A stretch of DNA of 63,824 bases, counting the filler, from Choristocarpus tenellus KU-1152 (lineage: Eukaryota; Protista; Phaeophyceae): NCBI GenBank assembly GCA_964200185.2. It is 14 parts of 14 records of this genome, joined end to end, with 100 filler letters (N's around TTAATTAATTAA, not from the genome) between each part and the next. Parts side by side here need not be neighbours in the genome. Positions count along the whole stretch, not along the records: positions 1 to 2,995 come from CAXNAD020023055.1; positions 3,096 to 9,105 come from CAXNAD020009178.1; positions 9,206 to 15,747 come from CAXNAD020007898.1; 11 more parts are not named here. The stretch is one strand, 5' to 3'. Every line of letters begins with the position of its first letter. Position 1 is the stretch's first letter. Below are positions 1 to 12,900 of the stretch, one piece after another. Both the position numbers and the translations under genes were made by a program. Below the pieces are notes generated by a model that ran no database searches, was not told the DNA's origin, and saw only the letters and a program-made list of their open reading frames with translations.

Positions 1-1625
1 ACCTTCCTCTTCACTCCACCTTCATGTTCCCCCCCAACCCCGATGTCCCCCTACATCGATCGTGGACTTTGCCACACGGGTAGCGAATATGTTACCCCTA
101 TCACCTCTGATCGTTTGGATGGTTGTGAACACCCTATAATGCTAGAGCCACCAAGTCCACCACTAATTGCGTGCTCTCTATCCAGAGGAACGAACACGTT
201 CACGACTCGTCTTCGACAACTAGACTTACGCCTGTCGTTTTTGGTGGTTGCTTCATTGCCATGGCCTCAGAGGTTCGCCGAAAGAAGGACGTCGGCGAGC
301 GGATACTATTCCCGTACGTTTGTATGTGGATTTCCTGCTGCCTGTGGTGAGATCGCGATCGGTTCTGTGCGGAAATTACTGCACATTGTTTACAGTATTA
401 TTACTCGTTCCATCACTCTCATCCCTCGTTTGTTAGTTGGTTAAACTTGAAGTTGCCATCCTCACGACACCAGTGGATACTGCTGCCTTGGAACCTACAA
501 TGTACCGTTCGTCTCCTTTGGTATGTGGTGCAGCATTTCTGAACTCACTGTCCATGCAGCAGTCACCTCTCCCTGGAAATGGATTACAAGATCTGTCCAC
601 ATCCCCACTGATATCCAAAGGATCAAGGCTTTCTTAAGGGCCAGTGATCAAAACATGTGTATGCCATTTCACCCTGCTCCTACATTGCGCTACATTTTTA
701 ATTACCTTCCCCACTGAGAACCATGTTTAGGGCACTATCTTGTTTGAGGAATAGACTAGTGGTTACAGCTTCAAGTATAAATTCCATAAACGCACGTTCA
801 GCAAAATGACATAGGCATACCCCTCTCCATTTCAATTTCCACCCTGACAGTGTTTTTTAGTGAATAACATTTTTCATGTAACACTCCAAGCAAAAACCAA
901 CACGCCCTAATCAATGTGGAAACCTGTTTTTTCCCACCACTATCCACTGGAATCCCCCTTTCATCCACCTACTTCCTGCCTTGTACACCAGGACTCAACA
1001 TGGACTATATATTGGAGACATCTTTCCCATGTTTGCGACCAATATGCTTGGTCTGTTCTGCTCTACATACTACTGTGCAGTATTTGTTTGGGCAGCAAAC
1101 GGACATAAGGAAAGGGCCGAGGCAGTCAACATGGTTGGCATCGCTGTCTTCATTGCCAGGCAAGGATGAAGGCAAAACGCACTGTTGAAGTCAAACTCCA
1201 TTCCCTCCCCGTACTCCTTTAATTCGTCTTGTGTAAGTTGTATTTTTTCTCCATTTGTTACTTGTACAAACTCGTTCCGCAAAGGTAGAGTACAACCAAC
1301 AACTGTACAACCTAGCTCAAGCTCATTCGAACCTCCCACACAGGACAAATACCTGTTTCAGGACGCCTGCGAAGTGAAGAACAGGTTGTCATTTGGTGTT
1401 AGGGCTAGCGGACTGGAAGTTGGGGTGGTGGTGGAGGAAGGGGAGAGAGAGAGCCTGAGTGTTAAGCCAGTCTATATTCTCTCGAAGAGGAGACTGCGTT
1501 GATGCTTTGATGTTCTCCTTTGACGGTTTTTGCTCTACTTCTGTACTCTCCACCACTCAGGGTAGCTTCGTTTGCTAGTGTCATAGATTTCCCTTGGATA
1601 ACCTTCAGGAGACGTATATCACGGT

Positions 1626-1869
1626 GTGATTAATTGTGATTAGGGTATCAATATGCTATGATGTGATCAATTGTGGGTAGGGTATCAATATGTTAGGATG
1701 TGATCGATTGTGGGTAGGGTATCAATATGCTATGGTGTGATCAATTGTGGGTAGGGTATCAATATGTTAGGATGTGATCGATTGTGGGTAGGGCATCAAT
1801 ATGTTATGGTGTGATCAATTGTGGGTAGGGTATCAATATGTTATGATGTGATCAATTGCGGGCAGGGTA
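1626..1869. repeat. 37-bp tandem minisatellite, about 6.6 copies (GTGATCAATTGTGGGTAGGGTATCAATATGTTATGAT)
   Basis: Units start at 1626, 1663, 1700, 1737, 1774, 1811 and 1848, head-to-tail with no spacers. Confidence 0.95.
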
Positions 1870-2733
1870 CCGGAACAGTCTGTTGAGTCGTGTCTCTTGC
1901 GTAGCGCTATCCTGTGCTAAATTTAGTGAAACAGTTGGTTGACAACTGTTGAGTCGCATATTCATTCGAGTGTGGAGAAGAGGTGCAGGGAGTGAGTGTG
2001 TGGGAGATGGAAGTATTGTGAGAGCTGTGGATAATTTATGCGTGGACACTAAATGATGGAAGCAAACCCTAACCCTTACCACGTACTGTGTGTGAACAGT
2101 ATTAGTACTAGCAGAACAAAAATATGGAAATATTTTAATACTATGCAGTGTAGAATAGCTAATCCGAAAACGGCAGCGCTCGAGCTCCTGAATGTTCTCG
2201 GAACTGAAATGTGCTCTATTTTGTTGGTTCCTCCACATTTATTTTTTAATTTTCTCATATGGCGGTTTGGTGGGTAAATCCTGGCTCTCAGTAGTCACTA
2301 TGTCAGTTTCTTCTTTTGTTAGGTGGATTGAGCTGCAAAGGCGGGAGGAGCGTTGCCAACATGTTTAGAAAAATGTAGTACAGATGTTGGGATCTTGTTG
2401 TGGACTGCTTATCTAAAAGCATAGATTATCAGCTGTGTGTGGCCTTGTGCTCTGTGGCCTTGGCAAGAGCATGTGCTGTAGCACACCAATGGGCCCCCCT
2501 GCCCCCCTCCCCCTTCCGCCTCTGGGGGCGATGCAGCAGTTCTGCAAAAGTCCAGTATTGGTGGTCTTTGACAAATGAATTGAACCAATACTCACTCCCA
2601 CAATTGTGTAAATGTATATATATATATATATATATTAACGCCACTGTACATGAAGTACTAGGACAGTATCGACACGCGTACCCATCACGTTTCCATACCA
2701 TATAAACTCTACTTTGCCCCCCTCCCCTTTCAG

Positions 2734-2857
2734 TGGGATGGGGATCTTTTGTTTTTTTGGGTCAGATCCAGAGGAGATCAAGAAGAAATGGGGGGGATTG
2801 GCGGCTGCAGTGTTCTCTGTAGTGCAGTATGGCTCTCCATTGGCAGGCCTTCGCAAG
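2734..2857 (+). CDS. Internal exon of a SWEET (MtN3/saliva) sugar transporter
   Basis: Polypyrimidine-CAG acceptor and AAG|GTATGA donor. Encodes GMGIFCFFGSDPEEIKKKWGGLAAAVFSVVQYGSPLAGLRK, matching the SWEET G..a.vfsv..Y.SPL..l..V motif at the start of the second MtN3 repeat. Other exons were not confidently found. Confidence 0.65.
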
Positions 2858-2995
2858 GTATGACTGGATAGAGTGCAACAGGGTAATTGTTGATCTACGT
2901 GTGGTTGTATCAGGGCAAGGCTTTGCTTGTACTCAACCCGTCCCCCGTTGCCCCTCGCCACGCCAAAGACCTAACGCGCCCCGCCGTCGATACGT

Positions 2996-3095
2996 NNNNN
3001 NNNNNNNNNNNNNNNNNNNNNNNNNNNNNNNNNNNNNNNTTAATTAATTAANNNNNNNNNNNNNNNNNNNNNNNNNNNNNNNNNNNNNNNNNNNN
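2996..3095. other. Artificial contig linker N44-TTAATTAATTAA-N44 (first of 13)
   Basis: Identical 100-nt linkers at 2996, 9106, 15748, 22552, 27513, 35168, 38286, 41001, 44586, 48270, 52996, 57388 and 60966. TTAATTAATTAA places stops in all six frames. Confidence 0.98.
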
Positions 3096-3480
3096 TCCCT
3101 CTCCCTGCTACCATCGTCGTGTGCCTCTACCACCTCTCTGACCCCCTGTGTGCTCATTCGGTTTTCCGTCCGGGCTTCGCCATCCTCCAGAGACGAAACA
3201 TGTCTACCTATCCCTGAAGAGGGGTGTGCTCTGCTTAAGTTCCACCCTTGCCCGTGCCTATCTTGTGAGCCGCCATTCCCATCCTCGATCACCTCCACCT
3301 TGTCCCCATGGGCCCATTCCGTTTTCTGTCCATCCTTCTCCGTTCTGCGAAATCAAGATCTGGGTATCTATTCCCAGATCCGGGTTAAACCCTCTAATTA
3401 TATTTGTTCCTTGCTGCCCTGCCTGTCTCGTGTACCATCGTCGCCTTCCTCCATCAGCTCCACAACCCCATTCTCTCCAT
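3096..3480 (-). repeat. Diverged ~160-bp tandem repeat, possibly a decayed peptide-repeat exon
   Basis: Related segments near 3100, 3258 and 3423. The minus strand gives recurring VE..E.GDDG.RDR-like peptides interrupted by stops. Confidence 0.45.
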
Positions 3481-3646
3481 GTACATTATATTATATATTT
3501 ATCACTCATACATATAGTCTCACACATCTCCAAAAACGTTAGAAATTGTATAATAAAATATGTATGAGTAGGTTCATGTCTGACCTTAAAAATGTAAACA
3601 ACAGGACATTTTGTAGGTGTCTTTTATTTGTACCTTTACTCCATTA

Positions 3647-3822
3647 TGTGAATCGTGTGATTCTGTGGTGGCGTGGTTCACTCAGGTAAGGGTGGCGAAG
3701 AGAATCACTGGGCAAGACAGGACCAGACGAACGAAGACCAACCATAACCGAGGGTACGAGGTTAAGGTTGGACAAGTGCAAATCGAGGTGTGACGAGCAT
3801 CTTCAGAGATGGGGCTTCAACA
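3647..3822 (-). mobile_element. Solo LTR or LTR fragment, same family as the LTR at 62208-62430
   Basis: The reverse complement of about 3647-3762 matches 62315-62430 and 44686-44757 (…GAGTGAACCACGCC.CCACAGAATCACACGATTCACA). The far boundary at 3822 is inferred only from a TG dinucleotide. Confidence 0.65.
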
Positions 3823-4065
3823 CCACAAGTCAAGGCGTGAGAAACAAGTGAATCTTTCATGCATGACAACTCTGAATGACGAGCAGTCTCAACTCCATGG
3901 GATTGGTATCGTGAAGAGATTCCATGGTTTAATTCTGATGGAAGGTCCGCCAGTGGAATCATGTTCATGGATCCTTGACGAGGAACCTCAATCGGTACAA
4001 CGGTATATGGCATACGGCAGTAACGGTAAAACAACAAACAAACATACTTTCCACAACATACCCAT

Positions 4066-6555
4066 ATTATATACATAAAGTTATATCAGTACCTTACCCC
4101 TCTGGATCAATCTTACTTTTTTTTCATTGTACTGCCACAGGAGTTACAAAACAATATACATATCAAATGAAAGCTTAAGACATGATCTTTGGAAGGTTTG
4201 TACCCACAAATGTACAAACTTCGGTGAACGGGAGGTATGTCTCGATCAAATAACAGTGGAAATATGGAGGAACATCTTTGACACAATTTTGATGGTTACA
4301 ACCTCAAAAGACACAAAAATGAAGTGGTTGGCTGAATTCCCTGAAAAAATCTAAAGTGGGTTAGGGAGGTACCCAAATAAGATGGTTGTGCCAATAAAGT
4401 GGTGCCAGTAGCTTCGCCCTCTGTGGCTTTTCTGTTTGTTTTCACCATGTGACCCCAACAGATATGCAACAATATAAATATATCAAATGAAAGGGTATGA
4501 CAAGAGCTTTCGAAGGTTTGTATCCAAGGATGCACAGACTTCGGGGAATGGGAGCTATGTCCCGATGAAATAATGGAAAAAACGCGGGTAATATCTCCAG
4601 TGCAATATTGAAGGTCACAACTTCAAAACAGGTTAAAATGAAGTGGTTGGCTGAACTCCTTGCAGAAAACTGGTCATGGGTAGGTCGCTGCCCAAGTTTG
4701 ACCGGTGGGGCTATACTGAACAAAAAAGCAGACAAAACCCCCAAGATTTTCAGACATTTTTTTATCGGGAAATCTTTTTAACACCTTTTGCAGACTTTCT
4801 GTGAGCACGCACACATGGGTGATCCACACAGCAACATGAACCATGACGGTGAGACAAAAGGAGAGCCGCCGAGGCCACTCTTCCCCCTGGATCTACCCTC
4901 GGCACCTTCTCTGTCGAGAGGCGACAGAAAAGCAAGTACCGTGTAACACTCAGTGCGATGTTAGGTGACGAGAAAGTACGAGTAGGGTGGCGCAGCAGCA
5001 TACTAAAATCGTGAAATGGATCACGGGGCCATGACGCCGACGCTGAGAGAAGATGCATTGAAAGCATTACCACCAAATGTGGTTGAATCTTCAACCACTG
5101 TTGAGCACTGCTCCGCAGTCTCTGCCACCTCAGGAAAGAAGGAAGAGAGCGGCAAGTCCATCACCAGGTGGTGCAGGGATGAAGTCTGTAGTGAAGCCTG
5201 GTCATGGCGGGCGAAGGTAGAACCAGGGTTACCGGCCGAAGGGAAGGCTGGGGAGGAGAGCAGTGTGACTGCATGCCATTGCGCTCAGGAAACACCTAAA
5301 CAAAAACCCGGGTGTAGAATATCTTAGTAGTCGACAGTTGCAGCAGGCCCTGGGTGTTTGGAAGCTATGTGAGCAGGCGTGACTTAAGGAAACGAGAAAG
5401 AAGGTGTTGGGGTTGGGCTACAAAGGCTCTGAAGTCCAAAAGGTTGAAGGGGCTTGCAAGGCGGAGGAGAAAGTGATCATAACAAAGGCAGCTGTGGAGA
5501 CTTTTCGCTACCATGAAATCCTTTACTTCGAAGAGGTCACGAAGCAGGTGGAGGTAGCCATTGACTATGTAGGGAAGCTTAAGGGATGTGACAATTTTTT
5601 TGGGAAAGGGGTCTGTTAGAACCCAGAATGACAAAGAACAAGGGGAAGGGAGAGAAACATAACCCAAGCAAAAGCATGTTGTATGTGCTTGGAGAGCATA
5701 GGGACTTCAACGAGGTAGTTCCTAGTCTTCAGGTTCTTGTCGAGCGGTACGGAGGGGTATGCCTAATGCTCCCAAAGTATCACTGTGAGATCAACCCCAT
5801 TGATCTCGTGTGGGGTCGAGCAAAGCACCGGCTACAACAGCATTGTACCTATTCTTTTGACGGACGCCGAAAAGACATTCCTTTGAGCTTGAAACCAGGT
5901 GAGGATAGGCAGGCTGTTTGGCTCGTCTAGAAGTACTGCAAGAAGGCGTACACGCACCATCTTGTCTACTTCAAAACGTCTGCCTCTGGGGTTGTACTGT
6001 CATAACTTTTGATGTAGATACCGGATTTTTAAAAAAGCAATATCGTGATGCCTGTCACAAGGCCCTGCAGAGTAGGGGCTTTGTGTTTTTTTCTATTTTT
6101 GTTTTTTTAAAAGAGTGCTCATAATGGGTTTCGTACAATGGATTGTAGGTCACCAAGAGTGGGAACAGATGTACTATACTTGATTAAAGCATACTTAGTT
6201 AGGCCTAAGCCTAAATGCCAGCCAAACGAATGTCCTAGGGAATGACTGCTAAGTGTAAATGTAACTCTTGTCTCCATCTGCCACCAGCAATTCCGCATGT
6301 GCTGGGCGCCTATGAGACTTGTACCTCCTTCACGGCTTCTGGTTGTTCCTCTGCATTTTTTCCATTATTTGATCGAGACATAACTCCAGTTCACCGAAGT
6401 TTGCACATTTGTGCATATAAACCTTCTTCCAAAGGTCTTGTCATAAGCTTTCATTTGATATGTATATTCTTGTATACCTCTTGTGGCAATACAATGAAAA
6501 AAAAAGCAAGATTGCTCTAGAAGGGTAAGCTACTGGTACCACTTTATAGATACTG
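4066..6555 (+). mobile_element. Decayed IS630/Tc1-mariner-type DNA transposon with ~200-bp terminal inverted repeats
   Basis: About 4075-4270 is the inverted copy of about 6350-6548, both carrying ATATCAAATGAAAG. The right end is …ATACTG followed by TA. A second left-end copy lies at about 4385-4670, and a transposase remnant lies inside. Confidence 0.7.
5400..5960 (+). pseudogene. DDE transposase remnant (IS630/Tc1-like)
   Basis: GKLKG…WERGL…SMLYVLGEHRDF…LQVLVERYGGVCLMLPKYHCEINPIDLVWGRAK matches the LPKYHCELNPIE..W..AK variant of the third catalytic motif. The reading frame is shifted. Confidence 0.85.
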
Positions 6556-6599
6556 TAATTATATTCTCGCTCACCTTCAATAGGGATTGATTGTTATGT

Positions 6600-9105
6600 A
6601 GAAAAATAGCGAAAATGTCCATGACCTAATAGTTTTATATACCATTTCCTCCGTAGAGAAGAGTTCAAAATTGAGAATCGAAAAATTGAGAATAAAAAAT
6701 TGTCAAGGATAGGACATACACAGAAATTCAAAGAGTACGAAGATATCATTCCTATGGAAAGCTGCAAAGAGAAACATCTTGACAGTAACCAGAGAGGGGA
6801 CCATTCCTACAAGCAGCGTCCAGGAAAAGACAAAACCGGAAGTACAGATCAGAAGAAGCAAACCAAGACAAGAAAGAGAAACCTGTAATCACTTCCTTCA
6901 GATGTGGCAAGAGAGGACATCACGAAATGCAATGTCAATGTGCCATCCTGGAGCAGGTTGTTGACAGGCTACATGCTCAAGGTGTTCCTTGGCAGAGGCC
7001 ACAGGCATGTGCAGGTGGGCCCAGGCAAGGTGAGTGACGGCAGACATTCCCTGCACCTGTAGGAAGTCCAACTTGTCTTGACGTTGGTCAAGGGACTTAC
7101 AGCAATCAAGGTCAAAAGCTACAATCTCCCACTCGGTTCTGGGAAAGTAGGAGAGGATCTGGTACAGTAGGCAGGTCTGTCCGAGTTGGTGGTGCAGAGT
7201 ACAAAGATACTCCACCTCTTCCTCCTGATCCCGGTACAGGAATGCACTTCGTGGCATCTTCTGGGGCTCCTATATCTCTGCGCAGGATGAAGTGCAAGTT
7301 CAGGCATTATCATGTTATGAACTGAGACATCTGACCCCAGCTGCAATTGATATGACAGGTAAGACACCTTTGCTGCCAAGGCCCTGTTCGATAGCGGTAC
7401 AGGGATGACAGGCATTACAGAGGGGCCGGAGGCCAAGCTCAACGCACATCGTGGAGGCACGGTAGTCCTCCCACCCATTGAATTTTGTGTCGCAGATGGC
7501 ACCACTGCCGTGATCAACAGTCACAATTCCAATACGTAACTTATTATCACCAGCCTTAACTCAGGCTGTTCATCCAGAAGAAGAATTGTGTCAGTGTGGA
7601 AACCATGCAGGAGAGTATGAGCATTTCTGAAGACAAGACTGTTCAGGATGACTCTGGAGAACATGTGCTTGAGCGAGCTCCTGAGGTGCCGATGAGTCCA
7701 GATGAGGAACAGCTGAAATGTGCCCTCGCTCTGGAGACAGCTTTTGAGAAGGCAGCAGCAGATGGCATGCCTGACAGACCTCTTCAGAAGCTGATAGAGG
7801 TGCTAGACCGTTGTGCCAATGTATTTCGAGTATCATTTGGGTGTGATCCACCAGCAGATGTTGAACCCATGAGAGTAGTCCTAAAAAGTGGAGCTACTAC
7901 GGTCAACACCACAAGCACAGGATATACAAGTTGAAGAACAGGACTGGCTTGGTATATTTGTAGATGCACTCATGATCCTGGGGATATATTAATCCACAGT
8001 TCGTTTGGAGCAGCCTTGCCATGCCAGTTCCTAAGCCTGGTGGTTGGGGTTTTTATTTAGGGACAAGACTACATGCTTTCCAGCATTGAACCTGCTCAAA
8101 GGTTGCTGGTAAATTCCTCTGGCTATTGAGGGCCAGGAGATCTACACCATGGTGAATACAAGAGTATCCCATACGCTTTAACTATCAAGTGTGCGACAAC
8201 GTCTATTCTGGAGGTACATTGAGTCATGATCCTGAACGGATTCAAGGACTACAAGATCTACGGTGCCCTAATACTGCTGGTGAACTGATACAGTTTTTGC
8301 AGGTGGAAAACTGGCTCTGTATTTTTCTCTTTCGCCTGGCTGAAGTGGTGGAACTGCTTAGAGTCTTGGTGGAGGAACATATGTAGGGACCATCACACTG
8401 TCTTTAGCGAGGTGCTTCTAATTGACCTCTCAGCAATGAGGACTGGGCTCCTGTGAGAGCTGAAGCAAGGATATCTACACAGTGGCTTGTGAGTTAGGCT
8501 GTTGAGCTTTCACATTCATGTGCGGATTGTGCCTTATCATGTTTCCTGATGCCTCAGACAAGCACTGGGGGTGTTTCCTCACACAAGCCCCCATCCAAGC
8601 GGTTGTAGATGGAGTGTTGGTCGAAATTGTGAGTCATGAACCCCCTGGGGTTTCTAGGCAGATCTTTGCGTGGATCTCAACTGAGAGGTATCTTACAGTG
8701 GATGAAGAAGCTTTCACTATCATTGCCACCTACCGGCACATGGAGTCGCTTCTGTGGTGAGGTGCATGCATATTTTGTGACCACTGCAATCTGGCGTACA
8801 TGTTCCATCCTTCATCTTAGGTCACAGACGTGAACAAGGGGGGCAGCCCCTCAATGTTTACTCCATTGAACTACATTTCTTGGACAATTTGACTACAACA
8901 CTGAGCATATTGTTGGCGAGAGAAATTCTTGGGGTGATCTTCTTACCTGTTGGGTAGATGTTCCCACACTTCCTATTGATGGGTGATCCTGCCTGGCCTG
9001 GTGGAGGCTAGTTCATCTCTGTCTTCCTTGCAGGTGATTAAAGCTGCATAGATGGTGGCCACAGTGGCAATGGAGGGTGTGACTGCTGAGGTTGTGAAAT
9101 CCATG
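6600..9105 (+). mobile_element. Decayed Ty3/Gypsy LTR retrotransposon gag-pol (zinc knuckle, protease, partial RT, RNase H)
   Basis: Zinc-knuckle-like FRCGKRGHHEMQC (~6895), protease ALFDSG (~7381), pre-RT DPPADVEPMRVVLK (~7845), HDPERIQGL…PNTAGELIQFL (~8225), RNase H MFPDASDKHWGCFLTQ…HEP…DHCNL…FLGQFDY..EHIVGERN.WGDLL. Many stops, frameshifts and deletions. Confidence 0.9.
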
Positions 9106-9205
9106 NNNNNNNNNNNNNNNNNNNNNNNNNNNNNNNNNNNNNNNNNNNNTTAATTAATTAANNNNNNNNNNNNNNNNNNNNNNNNNNNNNNNNNNNNNNN
9201 NNNNN

Positions 9206-9378
9206 GGCGGGGGGGGGGGGGTGTGGCAGCTGTCCATTTGGTGGCAATTTTTTCATGTCGCGATTTTTGGGTGATTTGGTTGCACACACTGGATAGATAA
9301 TGCAAATACAATTTTCCTGATTTGGGGCCAAATGGACATCTGGTGTAGACCTCCCCCCCCCCTCAGAAACATTGGGTC
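9206..9378 (+). mobile_element. MITE family B, left end truncated by contig break
   Basis: Aligns along its length with 44361-44537 and, reversed, with 31865-32040. Confidence 0.85.
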
Positions 9379-9971
9379 ATAATTCTCCTTGGTGGTAATG
9401 ACACTCCGTTGTAATCTCGGTGTATGGTGGCTACCAAAGGTGAAGGAGACAAGTTTACTGGCGATTTTCGAAAAGGATGAACTAATATTGGTACATTTTC
9501 CTCAGTTGGAGTCAATCATCCAAGTCATACGATCAATTCACAAAGAGAATAAAATAATGACTTATCTTTTTGATTTTGTTTTCCACCTGTCTTGCTTTGC
9601 AACCATAATACGCAGAGGGATGGGTTTGACTCGGTTGCACTACACATTAGCAACATCCTCGTTCCTTCTTGTAGTTGTATCTTCGGGTGAGTGATGAGGC
9701 AATAGTACCCTTCAGATTGTAAATATTGAAAGGATCAAGTTGAACCCAGAGGTTATACAAGCTAGATTGCACCTGTCTGCATCAATGCACGGAAAGATTC
9801 TTGAGCAAAAGCACAAGTACAGACATGCGTGCACGCACAACATTTTAGAGCAAGCTTCCTTACGTTATGCACATATTTTCTTTGATCTATGTAGACACAT
9901 GGACACCCAGATGACGTGCACTCATTTGCAAGAGCAAAAATTTAATGTAACATACACAAGTGAATACTTAC

Positions 9972-12900
9972 TTCTTCCAGCTTGATGGCTTGATATTGAT
10001 TGATAGTTTTCAGCATCGCCACCCTGTCCTCCATAGGCCAGATGCTAACATCTGCATCAACATCAACCTCCCCACTTTCCAGGAAAAGTGCTGCTCGCCA
10101 GCCTCCCCTCCTCTCCACTGCTGCAGCAACACATTTTGCTTGCATAGAAATGAGTTCCACTTCCTGAGACTCTGCGGCATTCACAGCTCTTGCCTCATCT
10201 AACGGCGTCTGAGGACCTGTATTGCTCCCCCTGCCAGACCCACTCATCTCTTGGACCTGGTCCCAAAATATTGTGGGATGTGCAAACAGTATTTGACACA
10301 TTCACATAGAGCTCATAGATTAATTTCCAACGACTATTGATCAACAGCTGTGGATCAAACCTTTCCTGATGGAGTACGATTTGTGGGGAAATTAATTCCT
10401 CATACTCTCTTAGGCCTCCGCAGCACACATCCAACAGTGAGATATCTCCTTATGACCCACCTCGAAATAAGAATGACAACAGTAAGTTTAGATGGGCCGG
10501 TCTAATGGTCTACAGTTTCCCAAGTGGATTCGATGCACCAAGCCTGTAGGGATGTGGCAGTGTCTGAAGGTCACATACTATACATTTTTTCCAGCACTAT
10601 TTGTCCTTGTTTGGGATCGAAAGGAAGAATCAAGTGTGATAGGCTGTACGGTTGCTGTTCCTGCTAAACTCTTTCACATTGCTAAAAAAAGTCTTCGATG
10701 TGTGTATTGATGTGTGAATAGATGTGGCTAACATGCTATGTTAGTAGTGATGCCACCCTGTACTTAGATACTGCAAGTAAGGTATCTACTGTCGAGCTCT
10801 ATTTTCCTCAGATATAGACATGCCGAGTAGATGTACCAACTTTGTTCTTTCCTTTTGCAAAAATATTTCCCCACATCATGCTAGAAGTATGAAAGACATG
10901 CCTTCATACATATACACTCAGGGTATAGAGATCTCTAGTAAGAAAGGAGCGGATACCAGGGACTGCATCAGCTCTACCCCCAAGCATGCTAATGCCTCAT
11001 TGTAAAACGGTTCGTTTGAATTCAATGAGGTGATAAACTGTGGTCTTTTCACTATATTTGAATTCGACCTATTCCTCTTTTCCTCCCCCCCTCCCTCCCA
11101 ATCTTCCTAATAATACCTTCTTTTCCAGAGTGTTGGAGAGAATCTTAAGCTCTTGGACTCCACTTTTCTGCAGGCTATGAAGCAATGCCTTGCACCTAAG
11201 CTTATTTGACAGAGTCTTTTTCTGGCGCCATGATCGCAAATGTGGTGGAGATTCGTGTAGTGCAGATTTTGGTACGTACAACAATTCACTACAAAGCAAC
11301 TCATGTACTACATGCACGACTACAGGTGGTGATAGGAACGTTGGTGGGTGAAGGGGGAAGGGATTAAATTGTGGGCATAGCATACTTCAGGCACCATCCA
11401 AGTGGTAATAAATAACAGCATTGTACTGTATCCAGCTGCAATTTGTTTTCGAGACATGCCCGTACATTTGTTGTTTGGTGCCCTTTTTTTATCCCGCCTG
11501 GAAGGGAAAAAGGCAAGGGGCGGTACTCATGGGAAGAGCGTCCTTCAATAGGAGACATTTCTACTCACACAGTGTTCTCAATCTGGCACCTGGAGGTGTG
11601 AAGAGGAACAGCTCACAAACTGATCTTTATTCATACATAGAGGTTATATATAAGAAATGTTTGCGCTTGACCAGTGGGCGGGCTTGAATCTAGGTGTACC
11701 TACACAGAGAAACATCCTTACCCAATCAAAAATGTCCAAGGCACACTCTATCTCACACATACTAAAATTCACTGATACCTGCACCTCATCCCACACAGCA
11801 TTTGAGTCATGACCGCTGCTGACCACATCTTGGTTGCCTGCCCTAGGCCTCTCTTCCATCTTCTTGATTCCCTGCTTACTCTCTACCTCCTCCAAAGCGA
11901 GAGCGGCACTGACGTCCATGATGTCACACAAATTCAAGCTGGCCTATGGAAATATGGTTGTTCCGAAGGGGTGTGTGAAATTGTTGGGACAAAACACAAA
12001 TGCAGGGCAAGCGAAGGCATAGGAGGGAGAACAGCAAGGGATCAAAGTGTTGCTATGAAAATGCTGCATAGCTGGCACATCACAGCATGTTTGTTCCAGC
12101 ATCTCTGTTTGAATAAAAGAGTCATTCAACTGCCATTTTCATGTAGGGGCAGTATGGAAAAAGAGCTAAAGTATCTTAGAGAGTAGAGCCGTGTCCATTT
12201 GGGTGTCAAAATCCAATGATGCAATTTTGATGTAATTTTGGCTATTGTGTTTGTTACGAAGTGTCAATATCCATGGTTCCGGACACAATTTTTCATAACA
12301 TATACATTTTACATACTCCTAAACATTTTGGAGTAGGAAAACACCATTAAAAAAACATGGGAAGCCAAGCCCCAAATGGAAAAAAAAAAAAAAATCGTCC
12401 CCTCTAAGATACTTTCACTCAAAAGCAGCAAGAGTCCGACTTCATTAGACCTCTAAGTGTAAACTTGTACCTGTTTAGGATAGGGCACTCCTCAACCTGC
12501 AATAGGATCGGGATACACTGGGCATCACAAATTCTGCTAATATGAGACATTCTTGATGTAATTTCAGGTACTTGATGTGCTCTAGGTACCAGTATGGTGG
12601 GTACTCACCATTCGTTCCGCTGACGAAACAACGGACACTGAACCAGGAAGGGGAATCAAACTGCATGGACCATCACTAGCCACTAGGGGAGAGAAAAGCC
12701 AATGAGGAATGTCACGAGACCAAGTCACACCACAAGAATTTACTCACTTTTCAAATGATTCCAAGTCATGTATCAGTGAGCGTTGTCATGTTGACACACA
12801 ATTAGTTTTCGTCTACCCTTGGGAATATTGTACCGGAGTACATATCAAGTCAAGAGGTACTAGTAGAGATTTGGCTTCACCCACCAAAACTTTAAATTAC

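Noticed and set aside
1-1605. Minus-strand frame with mostly TAG/TAA stops, suggesting stop-to-Gln reassignment
   Set aside because: The frames also contain TGA stops and switch register. Genuine genes here end in TAA (18716), TAG (RPS25) and TGA (SLC25), so the code is standard. At most this is a decayed exon.
1626-1869. 37-bp repeats as a CRISPR array
   Set aside because: The units are contiguous with no unique spacers, there are no cas genes, and the context is eukaryotic.
1990-2280. Possible upstream SWEET exons (ELWIIYAW; ALELLNVLG)
   Set aside because: The peptides are suggestive, but there are no usable splice sites and there are in-frame stops nearby.
3040-3051. TTAATTAATTAA as a biological palindrome or piggyBac target
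   Set aside because: It always lies in the centre of exactly 44+44 Ns, so it is a synthetic six-frame stop linker.
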